This document shows, piece by piece, positions 59,689-64,000 of a stretch of 64,000 nt of DNA. Both the position numbers and the translations under genes were made by a program. The stretch spans positions 186,001-250,000 of the forward strand of contig JAHEAD010000001.1 of assembly GCA_019721075.1 (NCBI GenBank), read 5' to 3'. Origin of the DNA: Candidatus Sysuiplasma jiujiangense (lineage in GTDB: Archaea; Thermoplasmatota; Thermoplasmata; Sysuiplasmatales; Sysuiplasmataceae). The notes under the pieces were generated by a model that was given only the letters and a program-made list of their open reading frames with translations, ran no database searches and was not told the DNA's origin. Position 1 is the first letter of the stretch. The number at the start of each line of letters is the position of its first letter.

Positions 59689-60516
59689 ATGAAGACAAAG
59701 GATCTTGAGAATGACCCCAGACTTGCAAGGATACTGAGAACAAGGGGTCTTCTATTTGGACTGGAGGGGGCCGTTGCGGCTGTAATGGCAGCGCTGGTCA
59801 TGTTCTTGAACGGTTTTTCGCTCCGGCCTCCCTATTTTCCTATATCGAATGTAATACTCATTGCGATATTCATATTTCTGGTAATGTCTGCAGAGCGAAT
59901 ATTCTTTTTCAGGCTGTCAATGAGATACGGGAAGAGGAAGGGTGTGATGTTTCTCATTGCGAAACGCGCCTTCAGATCTTCAATGGCAATACTTGGCGTG
60001 TCGCTGCTGGCTGTTGTACTGCTATTTGCAATAAACTACATGCCGGTGTTCAATGTTCACGGCACTCTCTCTGGTCCTGTTGGAACAACGAATTTCGAGT
60101 CCGGAAACGACCTTGGCCTTTATACCGTAGGATATGTTACCATCTACAATCCTAGCGGTAACAATCTGACTTTTGTAATAGTCACACAGGGCGATTACAT
60201 TGCGTCCGGTGCAACACCGCAGGCGGCAAATGAGTCGGTGCTGATATCGTCAAATCTTGCGGGCGGGAACGATTTTGTGCCCGCAGGAGGCTACACAACA
60301 GTGCAAGTGACGACCATTCCAAGTACAGGATATTATATTGTCGCGTTCTCCAGTTCCGGGAACGTACAGGCGCAGTATACTCTTGGAATGAGGGCGTCGC
60401 CGTCGATATTCTATTCTTTTGTTTTCGCGGCAGCAATCATTCCTTTCTCGGGTTATATGGGGATGATCGCAAGAAGAGAAATGTCCGTGCTCAGGGTGGA
60501 AACGATATTTAAATAG
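59689..60516 (+). CDS. Membrane protein with an extracellular beta domain
   Basis: 3 TM, a soluble domain, then 1 TM. TATA box CTTATATAAAA about 30 nt upstream of the ATG. Confidence 0.65.
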   Translation: MKTKDLENDPRLARILRTRGLLFGLEGAVAAVMAALVMFLNGFSLRPPYFPISNVILIAIFIFLVMSAERIFFFRLSMRYGKRKGVMFLIAKRAFRSSMAILGVSLLAVVLLFAINYMPVFNVHGTLSGPVGTTNFESGNDLGLYTVGYVTIYNPSGNNLTFVIVTQGDYIASGATPQAANESVLISSNLAGGNDFVPAGGYTTVQVTTIPSTGYYIVAFSSSGNVQAQYTLGMRASPSIFYSFVFAAAIIPFSGYMGMIARREMSVLRVETIFK

Positions 60517-60603
60517 TGTTGTGGCAAAATCCGGTATCTTTGAGCCGTCCTTTGGGAAAAGCGTTTATTTAACCACTGATTAGGATTGCAGCAGGTGAAT
60601 GTT

Positions 60604-60837
60604 ATGAAAGCATTTCTGGTCTCGGGAAAATTCAAAATTTCGGAAAGAAATTGGCAGAATTTCAACATAGAGGTTGCATCAGGGGATGAGAGCGCCGCGA
60701 GGGAGAAAATAATGACGATTCTGGGGAGCAGACACAAAGTGCCCAGGAGGCTGATAGACATTCAAAAAGTGCAGGAGCTGGCCTCAGACAAGATTACCGA
60801 CAACGTGGTGAAACATCAGGCGGGCGCAGGATCTTGA
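60604..60837 (+). CDS. rplX: 50S ribosomal protein L18Ae/LX
   Basis: AREK....LGSRHKV.R..I.I motif; conserved synteny with pfdA-ftsY. Confidence 0.92.
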   Translation: MKAFLVSGKFKISERNWQNFNIEVASGDESAAREKIMTILGSRHKVPRRLIDIQKVQELASDKITDNVVKHQAGAGS

Positions 60838-61262
60838 ACGAGAATGAATTGCGGCAGGCCCTGACTGCTCTGGAAACATTGAGGGGGCAGGCCGAAAATC
60901 TTTCCGGGCAGCTCCAGCTTATACAGGACTCGGTCAATGAATTCTCGAGAGCCAGGGAAACGGCGAGCAATTATGGCCAGGCTGATGACGGGGCGGACCT
61001 CATGGTGCCTGTAGGAGGGGGAGTCTACCTTCCTGTAAAAGCTGTCAAAAGCGGAAGAGGAGTCCTTTCAACAGCGGTAGGCTATTCGTTCGAGGAACCG
61101 CTTTCCAGGATAGTAGAATCAATGGATATCAGAATCAAGGAACTCGTTGAGGCGTCGCAAAAGATATACGATCGCATGGCCGAACTTCAAAAGCAGATCA
61201 ACGAACTTCAATCAATGATCGAGGAGGAGGCCGCCAGAGAGCAACAGCCTCGAACAGGATGA
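60834..61262 (+). CDS. pfdA: Prefoldin alpha subunit
   Basis: Coiled coils flanking LMVPVGGGVY...VG beta hairpins. Confidence 0.9.
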   Translation: MNENELRQALTALETLRGQAENLSGQLQLIQDSVNEFSRARETASNYGQADDGADLMVPVGGGVYLPVKAVKSGRGVLSTAVGYSFEEPLSRIVESMDIRIKELVEASQKIYDRMAELQKQINELQSMIEEEAAREQQPRTG

Positions 61263-61266
61263 TCTG

Positions 61267-62193
61267 ATGTTTTCCGCCCTGAAGAAGAGGCTCGGGCTGC
61301 TGAAAGATGATTCGGCTAAGCCCGTATCCGAAACAGCCATTGGCGAGGAAGGTAAAAAAATCAGTGATGAAAAACTGGATGAAATATGCTGGGAGCTGGA
61401 ACTGGGATTGCTTGAATCCGATGTCGCACAGGGCGTTGCGTCGGAAATAATCGCCGGAATGAAAAAAGAACTCCGTGGAAAAAGAATTGCAAGAGGACAC
61501 GATCTTGCTAAAGCAATTGAAGCATCGCTTAAGGAAAACGTCAAAAAGATACTTTCTGAATACAGTGTGGACTTTGACAGTGTAGTCGCAGGAACCGAAC
61601 GACCGACAAAAATCATGTTCGTAGGAATAAACGGCACAGGCAAAACCACCGCCGTTGCCAAGTTGGCAAACATGTTGAAGAAGAAGGGTTACACAGTGAT
61701 TATCGCAGCGGGTGATACGTTTCGAGCGGGAGCAATTGAGCAGCTTAAGGTTCATGGAGAAGCGCTTGATGTCAGGATTGTTTCGCATGAACATGGCGGA
61801 GATGCTGCGGCTGTTGCATATGACGCCATAGAGCATGCTGGAGCCAGACATCGTGATTTTGTTCTCATAGACACCGCAGGAAGAATGCAGACCAACAACA
61901 ATCTGATGGACGAAATGAAAAAGATAAAACGTGTAGCCGAACCGCACATAACAATTTTTGTGGGAGATGCTCTGGCCGGAAACGACATGATTGAGCAGGC
62001 AAAGAAATTCGATGAAGCTGTTGGTGTGGATATGGTGATTCTCACCAAGATAGACGCGGATGCGAAGGGAGGAAGTGCCTTGTCTGTCACCAGAGCAATC
62101 AGGAAACCGATAGTCTTTCTTGGAACCGGTCAGAAATACGAGGATCTAATGCCATTCAGGCCAGAGTGGATGGCAGAGAGGCTGGTTTCCTGA
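61267..62193 (+). CDS. ftsY: Signal recognition particle receptor FtsY
   Basis: LLESDVA, GINGTGKTT, DTFRAGA, DTAGR and TKIDADAKGG motifs. Confidence 0.97.
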   Translation: MFSALKKRLGLLKDDSAKPVSETAIGEEGKKISDEKLDEICWELELGLLESDVAQGVASEIIAGMKKELRGKRIARGHDLAKAIEASLKENVKKILSEYSVDFDSVVAGTERPTKIMFVGINGTGKTTAVAKLANMLKKKGYTVIIAAGDTFRAGAIEQLKVHGEALDVRIVSHEHGGDAAAVAYDAIEHAGARHRDFVLIDTAGRMQTNNNLMDEMKKIKRVAEPHITIFVGDALAGNDMIEQAKKFDEAVGVDMVILTKIDADAKGGSALSVTRAIRKPIVFLGTGQKYEDLMPFRPEWMAERLVS

Positions 62194-62220
62194 AATTTTT
62201 GAAGCACCGGTGATTCTGAA

Positions 62221-63489
62221 ATGAGGTACGATGCAATTGTGGTGGGAGCCGGCGTAACAGGCCTTTCTACGGCATTCAGCCTTTCCGCCCTATCCAGGGG
62301 AATGAAAATATGTGTAGTGGAGGCAAGCAGCGGCATAGCGATGGGCAATACTTCAAGGAGCGCCTCAGGATTCAGGACTTCATTTACATCAGAAATCAAC
62401 AGAATTCTTGCAAAATCTACAGCCAGGTACTTCCTTGACATAGCTGCAAAAGGAGATGACATTGGTCTCAGGCAGGTTGGCTACCTCTATCTCCTCGGAG
62501 AGGATAGAGCAGATCACTTTTTCAATATAGCGGACGACCTGAACAGAAACGGCTCTTCGCTGGTCGTGATGGACGGGAGAGAGATTTCAAAGAGAATACC
62601 GGAAATAGTTGTTGAGCCGAAGGGGGAGGACGCCTCCGTTATGAATTTGAAGAGAATAAGCGGCGGAATATTCGATCCTGTTGCGGGAATCATCGATCCT
62701 GTGAAAGTATGCGAACATTACTATGCCGGGTGTGTTAAGAACGGGGTCGAGTTCAAATTCAACACCAGGGTCAAGGGTTTCATTGCCGATGCCAGACCAA
62801 AACTCGGCATATCTGGTGAACCGTTCGGATGGCAAAATGCAGAGGTCACCGGCGTATCGACGGAGGGCGGCGATCTGACCGGCAGAGTTATTGTGGCTGC
62901 CGGCACCTGGACGCCTGATCTCGTCAATGAGATAGGAGTGGATGCAAGGGCAAGACCGAAAACAAGACAGATATTTGTTTTGAGAGGGCAACAGTTGTCC
63001 TCCCTCTACAGGAATCCCGGGTTCACCGGGGCCGGCATCCTCCCATTCACATTCCTTCCAGGGGGGGCCTATCTGAGACCTGAGCTGAACGATGTCTCCT
63101 TTGATATTGGATTTGCGGACGACTTCGGCCGCCCTTATAGATTTGAGGAATATCCTACGCCTGATGACAATTTTTACGAAATGCATATCAGACCTGTGCT
63201 TAAGGAATATCTCCCGGTATTCGAAAACCTGCGACCGGCGGGAAGTTGGGCCGGTCAGTACATAATCAACACATTCGACAGCAACCCGGTCATATTCAAT
63301 GAATACAATATGTTGACTGTTACCGGAATGAGCGGCAGCGGCATACTGAAGAGTTTTGCAATCGGAAGAATTGCAGCTTCCCTTTTCCTTGGCCAGGAGG
63401 AGGCAGATCTCGGGAATGGATTGAAGGCGAAAACCAGCATTCTGGATTTCAGAAACAGAACTGTACAGGCTGAAGAGCTTGTTTTTTGA
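62221..63489 (+). CDS. FAD-dependent oxidoreductase (DadA/sarcosine oxidase beta family)
   Basis: VVGAGVTG, GNTSRSASG, VAAGTW and GMSGSG motifs. Confidence 0.88.
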   Translation: MRYDAIVVGAGVTGLSTAFSLSALSRGMKICVVEASSGIAMGNTSRSASGFRTSFTSEINRILAKSTARYFLDIAAKGDDIGLRQVGYLYLLGEDRADHFFNIADDLNRNGSSLVVMDGREISKRIPEIVVEPKGEDASVMNLKRISGGIFDPVAGIIDPVKVCEHYYAGCVKNGVEFKFNTRVKGFIADARPKLGISGEPFGWQNAEVTGVSTEGGDLTGRVIVAAGTWTPDLVNEIGVDARARPKTRQIFVLRGQQLSSLYRNPGFTGAGILPFTFLPGGAYLRPELNDVSFDIGFADDFGRPYRFEEYPTPDDNFYEMHIRPVLKEYLPVFENLRPAGSWAGQYIINTFDSNPVIFNEYNMLTVTGMSGSGILKSFAIGRIAASLFLGQEEADLGNGLKAKTSILDFRNRTVQAEELVF

Positions 63490-63495
63490 ACAATG

Positions 63496-64000
63496 CTACT
63501 GATGCCAGAGGGTGAAGAGCGATGCCATAACTTTTGCATCCTCCACCATATTCCTTATCAGCGAATACTCGTTTGGCTGGTGCGCCATGCCGCATTCGGT
63601 GCTCCAGACCGCTGCATTGAAGCCTCTGATTCTGACTATGTTTGCGCATGTCCCTCCGCCAATACCCACGAATCTTGGGTCGACCTTTCTCAACTCCTTG
63701 ACAGCCTGATATATTTTTCTGAATACTCCCTCCTCAGTGGATGAGGGCTTAGCCGCTGTGCTCTTCTTGAAAACATCAATGGTTATCTGTGCACCTGTTT
63801 GTTCGCTGAAGATCGACGCAATCTTCTTCATATCGGCCAGGACTGCGGAAACACTGTACGACGGAAGAATCCTGCAGTCAAAATAAAATTCGTCGGTGCC
63901 AGGTATTGTATTGACGTTCTCAACATTTGACAGACGTTTTGTTGGTTCGAAAGTGGAGTAAGGCAACGGTTTGAATAGTTCATCTTTGGCACCGTATTTA
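63496..64000 (-). CDS. M20 metallohydrolase (DapE/ArgE-related), 5' end outside the window
   Basis: STFEPTK...NVNTIPG...FDCRILP, GIGGGT and AHQPNEY motifs. Confidence 0.88.
   Translation of the reverse strand, partial: KYGAKDELFKPLPYSTFEPTKRLSNVENVNTIPGTDEFYFDCRILPSYSVSAVLADMKKIASIFSEQTGAQITIDVFKKSTAAKPSSTEEGVFRKIYQAVKELRKVDPRFVGIGGGTCANIVRIRGFNAAVWSTECGMAHQPNEYSLIRNMVEDAKVMASLFTLWHQ

Noticed and set aside
1..64000. CRISPR array, rRNA, SRP RNA or RNase P RNA
   Set aside because: No regularly spaced repeats or diagnostic conserved motifs were seen on either strand.

Overview
This is an archaeal chromosomal segment, probably Thermoplasmatota. The lineage is inferred from rnp4, rplX-pfdA-ftsY, priS, dph2, thyX/folC, TATA boxes and frequent GTG/TTG starts. 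Most of the window is housekeeping: glnA, serS, valS, folC, nth, thyX, queDCE, dph2, priS, rplX, pfdA, ftsY, plus glycosylation and nucleotide-sugar genes. A decayed island follows tRNA-Gly(GCC) at about 15.5-23.2 kb. It holds a tyrosine-integrase pseudogene that the ORF track captures only as a C-terminal fragment, IS630/IS1634/IS481 remnants, two MFS transporters and a CopZ-type Fe-S/HMA protein. The most striking locus is a minus-strand operon at 37.7-46.1 kb: sufC-sufU-cysM-[ubiquitin-like/E1/rhodanese fusion]-sufB-sufD-Rieske-sufS-JAB protease, with a divergent SufR-like regulator. A CysO/MoeZ/Mec/CysM-type thiocarboxylate sulfur-relay module is therefore interleaved in the SUF Fe-S assembly operon, and the sulfur carrier is encoded as an N-terminal fusion whose Gly-Gly end is blocked. 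Other points are a YhbY gene with no canonical start codon, a small Cren7-like basic protein, and two intergenic regions that can fold into nested stems. All calls come from motif recognition by eye; no database searches were run.
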